A stretch of DNA of 64,000 bases, from positions 496,001-560,000 of the forward strand of contig CBFDEM010000040.1 in the NCBI GenBank assembly GCA_965603825.1. Reading direction: 5' to 3'. The notes under the pieces are model-generated. The model was not told where the DNA came from and ran no database searches. It saw nothing but the letters and a program-made list of their open reading frames with translations. Positions within the stretch are counted from its first letter, which is position 1. Each line of letters starts with the position of its first letter. The position numbers were made by a program, and so were the translations under genes. The DNA comes from Blepharisma stoltei ATCC 30299. Taxonomy: Eukaryota; Protista; Ciliophora. Below, one piece after another: positions 46,888 through 57,691 of the stretch.

Positions 46888-48624
46888 ATGATGCATATTA
46901 AACATATCACTCCTGGCGTCCAAGCAGGACCGCTAGAAGTCACTGTTGATTCCCGAAGTGGCCTTCACGATAGCCTGATGAGGATAACAGTCAAAGATTT
47001 CACAGGACGGGTAAACATTATTTTGGAGGGAAATGATCTGGTGAAAGCATTTGAAAAGATTAGCCCAGATACCAAGCTCACCTTATCAAACTTCCATGTC
47101 AGCGAAAACTATGATATGCTGAGCAATTATTTCCCAGCTTTTATCCAAGGCACAAATGTTGCAATTCACGGATCCGATTTGGCATGGTTCATTCACATTT
47201 CTCACGACAAAATGCCATCAATAAGGTTCACCCACAAGAGTAGCTCATATTCAATAAATCCTGACACTCAAATTGAGTCAATAGACCTAAGCCAATTATA
47301 TGCACATAAAGAACAAACCAACTCGTCCCCTCAGAAATTGCTTGGGCCAAATAATGAGAGATTCTCTTCACTACAGTTTATTAAAGACAGCTGCAATCAA
47401 AATACACCTATAATAGCTTCATGCTATGCCGTAGTGTTTGATAGCACATCGTCTTATATGCCTTCTAATACAACTGACTATATGATTAAGATGAAAATTA
47501 CAGATCAGTCGATTTTCCCTGGATATGCCACCCTAACTGTTTTCCACAAAAATCCTCAAAGCATGGTAAAAGTAGCAGGCATTGGAGATATCATTAAGAT
47601 TGAACAATTTTCTTTTAAAATCCATAAAGGAGGGCTGACTGCAACAGGATCATCAAGCTCGAAGAGTTCTAAATTTTTCTTATTTGCATTAGAAGAAGAC
47701 AAATTGTCGCCTTACGCTAACTATGGAGGACAATTTCACCAAATTTCCGAGCATTATCATTTCCTCGAAAGTTTGAGAAAATGGGTAACTCAGCAATTTG
47801 CACAGAAGTTGCCTACAGAATTGGAAGCAACTACTGCTTTGAGCAACATAACCACAACATCAGAGTCTGATATACTAGTAAGGATTTATGGAGTCTACAA
47901 AATGGGTGTGGCAAAATCTGACCCTTCAGCAATTATTTGTTATGACACCAATAATGTGACCCAAATCATCGTGCCTGCAGAAAGAGAAAAACTATTAAAA
48001 TGGCTTCAGCCAGGTCTATGTGTAAGAGTAAGAAGCGTAGTTTTTGAGAACGGAAGAATTTCTTTAACTTATTATTCAGATATCCACATTGTTCCTGAGT
48101 GGATGGGCTTATGCCAAATACCAATGATTTCTGAAAAAGAACGAGAAATGCAAAGAATAGCAGAAGCCTACATACAGCCTGAAAAGAAAAAAGTGAGGAC
48201 TATTGTTAGCCAAAATATGAAATCAGCTCCTATTGTGTCTTTTTCTAGACTGAAATACTTAAACTATGGGATAGACTTTAGGGTTGAAGGATTCGTCGTA
48301 AAAATTCTGCCCAATCACCCAAGAGAGCTTGAAGGAATGATATGTAGGGAGTGCGGCAAAAAGACCAGCCTTGATTTTTGTGATAAATGCAATATTGAGA
48401 CAGACATAAAATGCCAGCTAAACTTATTTGTGTGGGATGGAAGTGAAAATGAAGACAATATTGTGAAGTTGATTGTTTCTGAAGACAATTGCTTTAAGTT
48501 CACCAACTTGTTGGAGTGGAATAAAATGAAAGAGCTGGTATTAGATCCTGAATCAATGATGGAGTTTGGAGTAAGAGTTTCAGATCTTGGCTTTGAAGTG
48601 GTTGAAACGTCATTGCTCATTTAA
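46888..48624 (+). CDS. POT1: POT1/TEBP-alpha-like OB-fold ssDNA/telomere-binding protein
   Basis: CYAVVFDST..Y...DYMIKMKITDQS...YATLTVFHK...GDIIKI matches the TEBPalpha/POT1 OB1 pattern; C-terminal OB with CRECG..CDKC. Confidence 0.78.
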   Translation: MMHIKHITPGVQAGPLEVTVDSRSGLHDSLMRITVKDFTGRVNIILEGNDLVKAFEKISPDTKLTLSNFHVSENYDMLSNYFPAFIQGTNVAIHGSDLAWFIHISHDKMPSIRFTHKSSSYSINPDTQIESIDLSQLYAHKEQTNSSPQKLLGPNNERFSSLQFIKDSCNQNTPIIASCYAVVFDSTSSYMPSNTTDYMIKMKITDQSIFPGYATLTVFHKNPQSMVKVAGIGDIIKIEQFSFKIHKGGLTATGSSSSKSSKFFLFALEEDKLSPYANYGGQFHQISEHYHFLESLRKWVTQQFAQKLPTELEATTALSNITTTSESDILVRIYGVYKMGVAKSDPSAIICYDTNNVTQIIVPAEREKLLKWLQPGLCVRVRSVVFENGRISLTYYSDIHIVPEWMGLCQIPMISEKEREMQRIAEAYIQPEKKKVRTIVSQNMKSAPIVSFSRLKYLNYGIDFRVEGFVVKILPNHPRELEGMICRECGKKTSLDFCDKCNIETDIKCQLNLFVWDGSENEDNIVKLIVSEDNCFKFTNLLEWNKMKELVLDPESMMEFGVRVSDLGFEVVETSLLI

Positions 48625-48666
48625 TCTAAATAATTCTTCAATTAAATTGCAGGATTTTTAATTAAA

Positions 48667-49383
48667 TTAGTCAGACAAATCATTGGATCATAAAGTTATG
48701 TTGTCTCTTAGCATAGACATAATAAGAGTAACGTCCTTATAGTTTTCTTCAGGAATATTGATAAGCTCAGGAAGAGCTAAATTAAAAGCTTCTTCAGCAA
48801 TTGATAGAGCTTTCTTAGAGTCTCCATTAATATCATATGAAATAACTGCTAAACTTAAAGCAAGTCCAAGTCTTATCGGATCAATTGGAGAAAGCTCTTG
48901 TGTTGTTAATCTAAATGCTTCTTCTTCAGCTCTCAGCTGCTTATCTCTAGAATCTGTTCCATAAATTCATATATTCAGCTCATGTGACTGAAATTCAGCT
49001 AAATTTCTGAAAGCTTTTTCTTTTAATTTTAACAAAAATACTTTAACTTCGATTTGATTTTGCTTTTGTATCCAGTCTTCAACAAACCCTAAAACTTCCA
49101 TGCAAATTGAAGTAATATAGCCCTCAGCATTTTCCCTGTATATCCTTAATATATATGCTTTTTCTGTTCTTCCAAGGCTTAACTCTTTCATCTCAATACC
49201 AACGATGACTCGTCATTCGCTAATACGTTGCCGCACAAGGTTAGTAAATGCGACTGTTATCAAATTTCTTATTTCCTTATCCAAAACTTCAGCTTCCTTC
49301 ATTATTCCTTTCACAAAGCAAAACATATTCTCATATCTTTCTGCAGATTCTGCAAGTTTTGCCTGAAAAATTAATTTTTCCAT
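48667..49383 (-). CDS. Divergent 14-3-3 protein
   Basis: AKLAESAERYENM, ISE-TGA-RVI, LSPIDPIRLGLAL, YKDVTLIMSMLRDNITL-TGA; TGA at 49213, 48967 and 48688. Confidence 0.9.
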
Positions 49384-49420
49384 TTTTATTTCATAAAATT
49401 TAGGTTGAGTCATTTTTAAG

Positions 49421-50011
49421 TTAAACTGGGAATTCTCTGTTGATAGGGAACTCAAAAACGACTTCTTTGTTGGTCAGCTTGTTGTAGACAGCACTCAAAG
49501 TGTCTAACTTCTCCTCGAGCTTTTCTCTGTCTTTTGGATCTAATAGGACTTTGAATACACGCTTTCCGTCTGTCTTGATTCTCATTCTCTTGCCCAAAAT
49601 GGTCGCAGGGAAGACCAAGTCATCTAAAATGGCTTCATGGACGCTGGTGAGGGTCCTTGAGTATGGGCGTTTTTGTTGTCCTTTAGATTTGAGATATTTT
49701 GGTAAGATTGTCCTTGAAAATATAATAGCGACTGGCCTCCTGAATCTCTTTTCAAGCTCGCTTAGAAGTCTTGCATATATTCTTTTGACTGCTTGCAGTG
49801 ATCTGTAGTGGAACATGATTACAACAGCTTGGCGGACTGATCCTCTAAACTTTCCATCGAACTCACTTGCTCCGGTAATAAAAACATCACGAAGTTCGCC
49901 CTTAAGGTCGCTTGCCGATGCTTCGATTTCACCTAATGTTTGTGCTACATGATACTCGAATTCTGTAGGCTCGCTTCCTTTCTTGATGATTTTGTTTTTG
50001 GAGTCGGACAT
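49421..50011 (-). CDS. RPS7: 40S ribosomal protein S7 (eS7)
   Basis: RLLSELEKRF, QKRPYSRTLTSVHEAILDDLVFP, GKRMR, VYNKLTNKEVVFEFP. Confidence 0.97.
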   Translation of the reverse strand: MSDSKNKIIKKGSEPTEFEYHVAQTLGEIEASASDLKGELRDVFITGASEFDGKFRGSVRQAVVIMFHYRSLQAVKRIYARLLSELEKRFRRPVAIIFSRTILPKYLKSKGQQKRPYSRTLTSVHEAILDDLVFPATILGKRMRIKTDGKRVFKVLLDPKDREKLEEKLDTLSAVYNKLTNKEVVFEFPINREFPV

Positions 50012-50074
50012 GTGTGGACCCTATTTATTTATGCATTACTTAGGAGTGTAAAATTAAGAGTGCTTTGGTAATGA

Positions 50075-51466
50075 TTATTCTTTACTATAATTAGTTTCGG
50101 TTAAGGCAATATATTGGCTTATTACGGAGTTTACTTGGGATTTCATTTCAATGTTGAGTTCTCTGCGGATACATCTTTTGTAAAAGAATAAGAGTAATGA
50201 TAATGATATAAAGAGAAGGAGAAGGATTATGGAAATTGTGGAGAGACTCATTTTGTCGTGGGATTTTCGGTGGTATTTGTGATTGTGCTGAGGATTATGG
50301 TGGGATGGACACACTAATGGAGGGGTTTGGAAGCCAGCACAAATTGCGTTTAATACTTCATCTGCTTCTAGATCTCCTCGAAAGGTTTGATTGTTTATTA
50401 TTATTGTAGGATAAAATGAGATCCCTGCTTGAAGAAACCTTTTTTTCTCTTTCAAAAGAATTGAGTTTTCAGCTAATGCGTAGTTACTGTTTGCAAAGCT
50501 ACTTTGAATGCAATAATTTATATCAGCAGTATCTATTTTTGCTTTTTTCATTGCTTTTCCTGCACATTTCTCTGTAAAATCAAAATCTTCACAAAGTCTG
50601 TTAAACTCTTTTATATAATTCCATCATATATCTAATCTCCCAATTCTTCTACCAAGGTTATAAATGCAAATTTGTCTAAGATCTTCAAAAACTATATCTC
50701 TTCCATTTCTTGGTCCTTCAAAATCTGGGTCAGGAGCACAATATCTTCCTCCCCCAACACAATCAGGGTGATCAACAGTAAAATTTTTATCTTGGCAATC
50801 TGTACAAACCCATAGGACATAATGAGGCGTCATAATTGCAGAATCCAAATCAAACATCTTCCCATATTGGGAGAAATCAACTAAAAATTCTCTTGTGGCT
50901 GTACTTTCGCTTGACATTCACATTTCCCATTCAACTTTATTGCTTGGATGATTCATTTCAAATTTAAGAATAAGGACAATGTCTGTAGAGTCAAGCTCAG
51001 TCATTGAATTCAATAGAATTTCGCCATCTGATTTGCTTATGAGAAAGGAAGGTATAGAAATATTGCCAGCAGTTCCGTCATCAATCATGAGGATATGAGA
51101 AATATCTTCATCTGAGTCATTAATCATTATAACTGCTGAAGCACCGATGTTTTGGGCATTACGGACTTTAGTCGCGTATGAGCATTGTCCTATCTTTAGA
51201 ATCGTAACATAATGATTTGGTTTGTGGTTCTCGTCAGAGTATTTAGGGTGGGTTAAACTTTTACATCCATTTTTCTCTTTTTCATTTTCTGGCCAGTAAG
51301 GATGGCTGATAATTGAAGAGCCATAAGGGGGATTTCCAAAATTTGCTAGAGAGGAAGGGATAATATTTGTGTTGTATTTGTTTTTTATTTGTTCCTTCAA
51401 GGAATCTGGGGTGTGAACGTAAATTTTTGCAAAAGCTATTGCAAAAAATTGATATAAAAGTATCAT
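50075..51466 (-). CDS. Vacuolar sorting receptor-like (PA domain, type I membrane protein)
   Basis: Signal peptide, SLANFGNPPYG, KVRNAQNIGA, GGRYCAPDPD, EDLRQIC, YPTIIINN, AICAGF, TM, YIAL tail; TGA at 50918 and 50624. Confidence 0.9.
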
Positions 51467-51798
51467 TTAATTTTTTAAAATGGCATGCACCTATATATAA
51501 ATTAATAAAATCATAATAATCTGATTAAATATTCAAATAATATTAATATTCTTATATTTGTATATATGAAAATTAAAATTTTTATATTTTATTTTAATAT
51601 TTTAAGTAATTGTTTAAGTTCTAATTAATCATAAGACAAAATAGACAAAATCGGATTCTTAAAATGATAAATAGAATTATAGCTCAATTTGGTAGTCTTT
51701 CAAATTAAAATTAGATTTGCTAAGTATACACTTTTAACAAAGAATGAGTCCCATATATCCTTAGCTGATCAGCTTAAATTCAATAACATTTTTATATT

Positions 51799-52323
51799 AT
51801 GGAAGAGCATAGGGATTCAGCTCGATTCGAATGCCTAATTTGTTTTGATGTGGCCCATGAGCCAGTTCTTACCCTCTGCGGACATCTATATTGGTAATTG
51901 TAACTTAGCTGAAGCTGTATTTACAATTGGCTGCAGCAAAATCGTCAATCACACACATGCCCTGTTTGTAATTCAGGAATTTCAAACGAAACTATAATCC
52001 CTATCTACACCAAAGAAGAAAACAGGCCTCACAATGAAAATCTGCCACCACGGCCAAGTGCTCAGAGGCAAGAGCCAGTTAGAAACGAAGGATATAATCC
52101 ATTTCGTAATCTCGGCGAACGATTTGGCTTTGCAGGCCCTGGCGAAGGTGTCACTATGTCAGCTGGCTTTGGATTTTTCCCACCAGTTGCCCTATTGCTC
52201 GCCACAACGAATTTTTCATCAGGAGACTCAGCTTATGCTCCTTTAGATACAATAGCTCCGAAATCAATTTTAGCGTGCACAATGGTTTTATTTATGTTAT
52301 TAATGTTTATTGCATTCATTTAA
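51799..52323 (+). CDS. RNF5/RNF185/RMA1-type membrane-anchored RING E3 ligase (intron 51894-51908); absent from the ORF track
   Basis: [23 protein letters not shown](W)-SCIYNWL..CPVC..IIPIY..LPPRP; C-terminal TM. Confidence 0.9.
51894..51908 (+). other. 15-nt intron
   Basis: gtaattgtaacttag; removal restores CGHLYCW. Confidence 0.92.
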
Positions 52324-52359
52324 TACTAGTTTTTCTCTCTCTTTTCAAATAAACTATAA

Positions 52360-53640
52360 ATGGGAGAAAGTTGCCAAGATTGCAAAACCATGGAGGCTTC
52401 ATTTATTTGTGTTTGTCTAGAAAGACACTTATGTGATAACTGCTTATTGACACATATATCGAGTTCTGAAGGGAATGAGCATCGGCCTGTTTCTTTGACT
52501 CATCCTTTATTGACGTTATTGCTTGAGGCAAGTGAAGATGCTGATAACGCTGAAGAATGCATTATACACAGTCATGAGAATATAAAGCACAGCAAAATAG
52601 AGACTCAGGTACAAAAACTCCAAAAATTTAAAGAAAGGACGAATTCTTTGGTTGACTCAAAAATACAAAAATTGAGAGCTGAGCTAGAATTAGAGCCAAA
52701 CGAAGAACAAAATTCGTCTGAAAGCAGTGAAGAAATTCCAACATTGCATATACCGCCTACTAAAACACCGGTTCCTCCTATAGAAGTCAAGCCCCGCCCA
52801 TTGTCATCTTTCAGCTCAATTTTAAAAGAGGACGCATCAAGGCAGAGATTTTCTACACGACCTTCATCGAGGATACATTTTTTATCGACTTCCCCAGTTT
52901 TTGATGAAAATAACACGTCTTTGCAAATAGAAGAACTAAGGTCTACTCCGAAAAGCTGAATGAAGCCAAATGAAAGCAAAAATGATATTTTTAAGTCTTT
53001 AGAAATTACTCGAAAAGAGCCAAGCCATTTGCATACCACTAAATTTAGTATGTCAGAGAAAAAAAATTTAGATGTCCAGGCAAATTTATTTTCAAAATCT
53101 TGAAGTTCTAGCAAATCAAGTTATAAAGTTATCTTAATTGGAGACCGTGGAGTAGGGAAAACCACTTTATTATCGACTTTCATGGCAAATCATGGTGGAT
53201 ACACTCGCAAACCTGGTATAGGATATGCATCAAGAATGGTCAATTTCATTGAAAATTCAATCGAAGCTAACGTTTGAGACATTTCAACTTCTAACAATTT
53301 TTCAGCCATCAATAAATCTTGCATGTATGGAGCATATGGCGGGCTTCTTTTATTTGATTTAACAAGAGAAATCACATTTTTTGGGATAGAGAAGCGGTTA
53401 GAAGAATTTGCAAAAGAATCGAACCCTCTTTCAGTCATCATTTTGGTTGGCACAAGACTGGATGTTACGACTCACAACCCTCGATCAAGGTTTATCTCAT
53501 TTGAAAGAGGCCAAGAATTCGCTAAAAATAACGGAGCTCTCTACGATGAAATTTGCTGCCAAAATCCTGACCATGTCAATGAGCTTTTAAAAAGGTTAAT
53601 GAGGGAAATATATAGGAGAAAAATTTATAAAAGCAATTAG
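52360..53640 (+). CDS. B-box-like zinc finger + degenerate Rab-like GTPase
   Basis: CQDC..FICVC...LCDNCLLTH; YKVILIGDRGVGKTT, NV-TGA-DISTS, LLLFDLT, LVGTRLD; TGA at 52957, 53101 and 53275. Confidence 0.8.
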
Positions 53641-53664
53641 TGTAAACTGTTTATTATTTTATAA

Positions 53665-54408
53665 TTAATACCTGGTTGTATTATATGAGCCACAGTCAGG
53701 ACATTTCATCCCGATAACATGAAATCTTACTCTGTTTCTCTTTAAGCAGTCGTTGCAGAGGATATTACAATCAATATTTTGATATTCTTCTGGCATTGGA
53801 GTGTTCGAAACTTCCTCATCAATTTTTTGGTAAAAATCCGAGAAATCGGCAATAGACTTGCAACAAATTGGGCAAGTATATCTATGATGCGCCATCATAT
53901 CTCTCAAGCATGCGTTATGTATGAAATGTCCACAGCTCATTGGCATTGCCCGTTGCCTGCTGGTGAACATGTCTTCTTGACACACAGCACAGTTCGATTT
54001 AAGAATTCCAGGGCGGCACGTATGAGAATTCCTGAGACTTACGCTTAGGCATGCTTCACACGTATCGCAGTGAAAGTATTTTTCTCTTGGCCCCACCCTG
54101 CATATACCACATTTATCGCAGTGGTAAATGTTTTTGCTTAAGTCGCTGTCATATAAATGACAGATTGCACAAAAATAAGCTCCCATGCATGTATTACAAT
54201 TTATACAATATTGATTTAATCCCTGCGTTGCTTGGCAAGCACGACATCTGACTGTAGTTACGTCTGATCTGATCATTTTATGCTTTTTTGAGAAATCTTT
54301 TTCGTCCTCGTACTTCTCTTTATCGTGGCAGTATCTGCAGGCAAAAAATTCGTTACAGCAAGCTGACAAGAGGTCACAGCCTCTTTCATAGTGGTTGCAA
54401 GGTTCCAT
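53665..54408 (-). CDS. RCHY1: CHY zinc finger/RING protein (RCHY1/Pirh2-like)
   Basis: CNHYERGC, CRYCHD, CGICRVG, RING CGHFIH..C..CPIC, CGSYNT. Confidence 0.94.
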   Translation of the reverse strand: MEPCNHYERGCDLLSACCNEFFACRYCHDKEKYEDEKDFSKKHKMIRSDVTTVRCRACQATQGLNQYCINCNTCMGAYFCAICHLYDSDLSKNIYHCDKCGICRVGPREKYFHCDTCEACLSVSLRNSHTCRPGILKSNCAVCQEDMFTSRQRAMPMSCGHFIHNACLRDMMAHHRYTCPICCKSIADFSDFYQKIDEEVSNTPMPEEYQNIDCNILCNDCLKRNRVRFHVIGMKCPDCGSYNTTRY

Positions 54409-55102
54409 AAGATATAGATTATATTTATTTTCTTAAATAGCTGCCATTTAAAATAATTCAGCCAGTTTGATTATTTTTAGTGATTAACTGACTTTAAATT
54501 AGTTGGCATTTTTAATGTGATGTAGGATCAAAGAGATTTGATTTTAGAATTATTATAAATATGATGCATGATATTTTAATTAGAGGCTTAAGATAGGAAT
54601 TGAAGTGATTTAATATAGGCTTCTAGAATAAATTCGATTAACGAGAAGAAGAGTGCAAATAGAAAAATAATTGACTCTAGTTTGAAGAAGCATTTTTCTT
54701 CAAAAAAATTACATTAGAGTTAAGAATTATAAAAATAAGTAAATATTAATTCTCTTTTACTAGATGAATTACTTATTCTTGGATTTAGAATTAAAAAAAA
54801 ATGTAATTAAGAAAAATCATTTCTGATATAGTGGCTTTGACTTTCGTCTAAAAATAATAATTTTAGTTAGATTATTCAGTAAGCCTTTTATTTCTTTATT
54901 TTTTCAGGAAATCAGATTATAAATAATTACGCAATTCAGGCACCGATTTTTTAAAATTCTTGATAAAAAATAAAGCTATTAATTTTATAATTGTTATTTT
55001 ATTTCCCATTGATATAAAACAGTTAAACAAAACAGATCTGTATTAAAGTAACCAAATAAAAAATCAAAGACTTATAAAAAAAATAGGGATCTTGTTTATA
55101 AT

Positions 55103-55486
55103 ATGTCTAATTCTGATACAAATTTCTCTCGATTTATGCATCTTTCTTCACTATCAATTTCTAGCACCAGTCAGAGTGAAAATGAGAGTGAAGACGAAAG
55201 TGGGGATGAAGACGGGAGCATAAAGCTCTGCGATAGCGTTTACTTTGATTGCCCACAGCAAATTAAAGACTTACATGATGCTATTATACAATTTAAAGAA
55301 AAAAAACGGGCTGGGGAGAATTTTGAAAATGAAATTAATTTATCTGATGAAGAAATTTCTATCAAGATTAAAGATGATTCTTCTATCAGATTAGCAAGCA
55401 GATCTTCGTTCTCAAATGAAGGAACTGCTTATCAAAGAAGAAGAAGAAGAAGCGCAATGCTCCTAGGAGTTTCAGGAGCAGTCTAA
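55103..55486 (+). CDS. Hypothetical protein
   Basis: 127-aa ATG..TAA ORF with an acidic stretch, in AT-rich flanks. Confidence 0.55.
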   Translation: MSNSDTNFSRFMHLSSLSISSTSQSENESEDESGDEDGSIKLCDSVYFDCPQQIKDLHDAIIQFKEKKRAGENFENEINLSDEEISIKIKDDSSIRLASRSSFSNEGTAYQRRRRRSAMLLGVSGAV

Positions 55487-55720
55487 ATAGTTATATATTT
55501 TAAATTTACATTTTTTGTAAGAGATTGGAAATAAATTTTCTTTACAATGAAATTTATCCTCTTATTTTTGAGTTAAAAAAAAATAATTCTTTCTATTTAA
55601 TAATAAGCTTAGAAATAGTATTTTTTTTTAAAAGTATAATTACTTAATTCCGTTCTACCTATAACCATCATTCGAGTCTATAAATGTTAATTCTAAGTTT
55701 TAGCAATCTTACTATACAAT

Positions 55721-57037
55721 CTATTTAGAATTGCCATTTTCACTTAATTCTATATCTCTTTCAAACTTTTCTTTAAGCCTATAGTGCTCTTGTTTCAACT
55801 CGTCTAATTCTTTTACACCGTTTTCATACAAAAGTCTGAGATCTTTAAGCCTTTTTTGCTCCTGCTCAATAATATCAGTCCTGGTTTCAAGTCTACTGTT
55901 TAATTTATTGCATCTGTCCTCCACGATTTTAAGCTCTTCCCTCAACTCTTGGCAAGATTTACAGTTATTAAGCCGTGAATCCAATTCTTGATTCAGTACT
56001 TTTTGATACTCAAGCTTGGCCTCCAATAATGTGTAATTCCTGGTAAGATTATGTATTTGCTCTTTTAAAGACTCTTCAATTGCTTCTGACCTGTATTCAA
56101 GCTCATGATAGGAGCATTGCAATCGGGCATATTTCAAGAACGAATCTTCTTTTATGCTTGTAAGTGTTTCTATCTGAGCCATCAAACTATCTAGAGTGCA
56201 GACTTCAATATTATTTCATAATGTATTTTTTAATTGCTGATTCTGATTTTGTAGCTCTTTTAATTTAAGCTCGTATTCTTCGATTCACAAAGGTGGGGCA
56301 TCAGTACCCAAGCTTGTTCTTTGACTAGAAAATGGTGTTTCATATTTATTTCTAAGCATTGCGACTTCTCCTTCAAGAACTCTCATTTTTTCTAGCTCTC
56401 TCGTTTTATCTTCTAGCATATTCTTTAATATCTCGTTGCTTTTTTGCTTTTCAGAAATCTGCGCTAAAGCTTGGACATACCTTTCAGTCATATCTTCAAT
56501 TTCTTTTTCTAGTTTTTCGCTATTTTTCTCATTTAATCTGAGTTTTTGTAATTCTATTAGTAATAAAGTTTTGTCTTGGACAGACTGTTCATATTGCTCT
56601 TCTAATTCTTTATTTTTTATTTCGGTCGCACCTAATCTATCAATTTTTTCTTTAAAAGCATTATACCTGCTTTCTTTATTTTTGTAGTCATTCAGCTGTG
56701 AAATTGATATATCAAGCTCATCATTAAGTCTTGAAATTTCACTTATCAATTCTTGTATCTTTCTATCTTTAGTCTCACAGTTTTCAATTGATGATTTTAG
56801 GTTGCGTTTAAGACTTTTTATGCTTCTGTACACTTCCAAAGTAGGCTGGTCACCTTCTTTACCGTTCTCTGCAAGTGTATCCAAACTGATTTTACGGTTT
56901 AGTTCTGCAATTTCATATTCTGCTTCTTTCAGTCTTTTTCTCAGTTGTCTGTTTTCAGCTTTTTCTTGATCAAGCTCTGAAAGCAGCTCTTCCTGCCTTC
57001 TCCTTTTAGTCCCGCTAGATACTTCAAACCTCTTCAT
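55721..57037 (-). CDS. Coiled-coil protein (438 aa)
   Basis: Two ORFs joined in frame via TGA at 56285 and 56216. Confidence 0.72.
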
Positions 57038-57106
57038 TTTTAAAATATGGTAAATATTGTAGTAAACTCAATATTTTAAAACTAAAACGCAAAAAGAATA
57101 ATTAAT

Positions 57107-57691
57107 TTAAAAGTCAAATCCTTTTACTTTATTTAATGCTTTTCTACAAAATTTTGATAGATCTTGCGTGTAGCTTGAAGGTAGCCTTCTAAAATCTTGA
57201 TCGTTCATTTCTTCCAAAATCTCAATGCCTTTTCGTAAGTTTTCTATTCTAAGAGCTTCTTGAAGGGACTTTTTATTCAAATTTAGATTTACTCATGGAC
57301 TTCTGGCTTTGGGTGATACAATAATTGGACTGGTAGATCTTGAAGCATTTAAGCCTCTGAAAAATTCATCAATTTGAGGTTTTATCCTAAATAATGGGGA
57401 TCCAGGCTTAGGTGAAGTTGGAGTTGTAGGCCTAAAGTGCGATATATCTTGATAATGAGAAAGACTTGGAATCAAAGATGATGAGGCTATTGGTTTTGGC
57501 TTTATTTCACTACGAAAAGCTTTTCAATTGCTTTGGCTTGATTTTTGGCTTTTAAATGATAATTCCAATTTTTGCTTAAAATCGTTTAGTCTGTCATTAG
57601 AGCCTTGCCGACTAAATTTGTCGACTTTATATTTTGATTCAAAGAATTTCTCTTTATTTTTGGATTCTCTTGAAGACCTAAGCGATGACAT
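57107..57691 (-). CDS. Hypothetical Ser/Pro-rich protein (194 aa)
   Basis: ATG 57691; TGA at 57524 and 57293 read through; TAA 57107-57109. Confidence 0.6.

Noticed and set aside
15355-51912. TGA as selenocysteine or cysteine
   Set aside because: The aligned positions are conserved Trp rather than Cys, and the proteins are not selenoprotein families
52034-52246. 70-aa ORF in the track
   Set aside because: Alternative frame inside the RNF5-like gene
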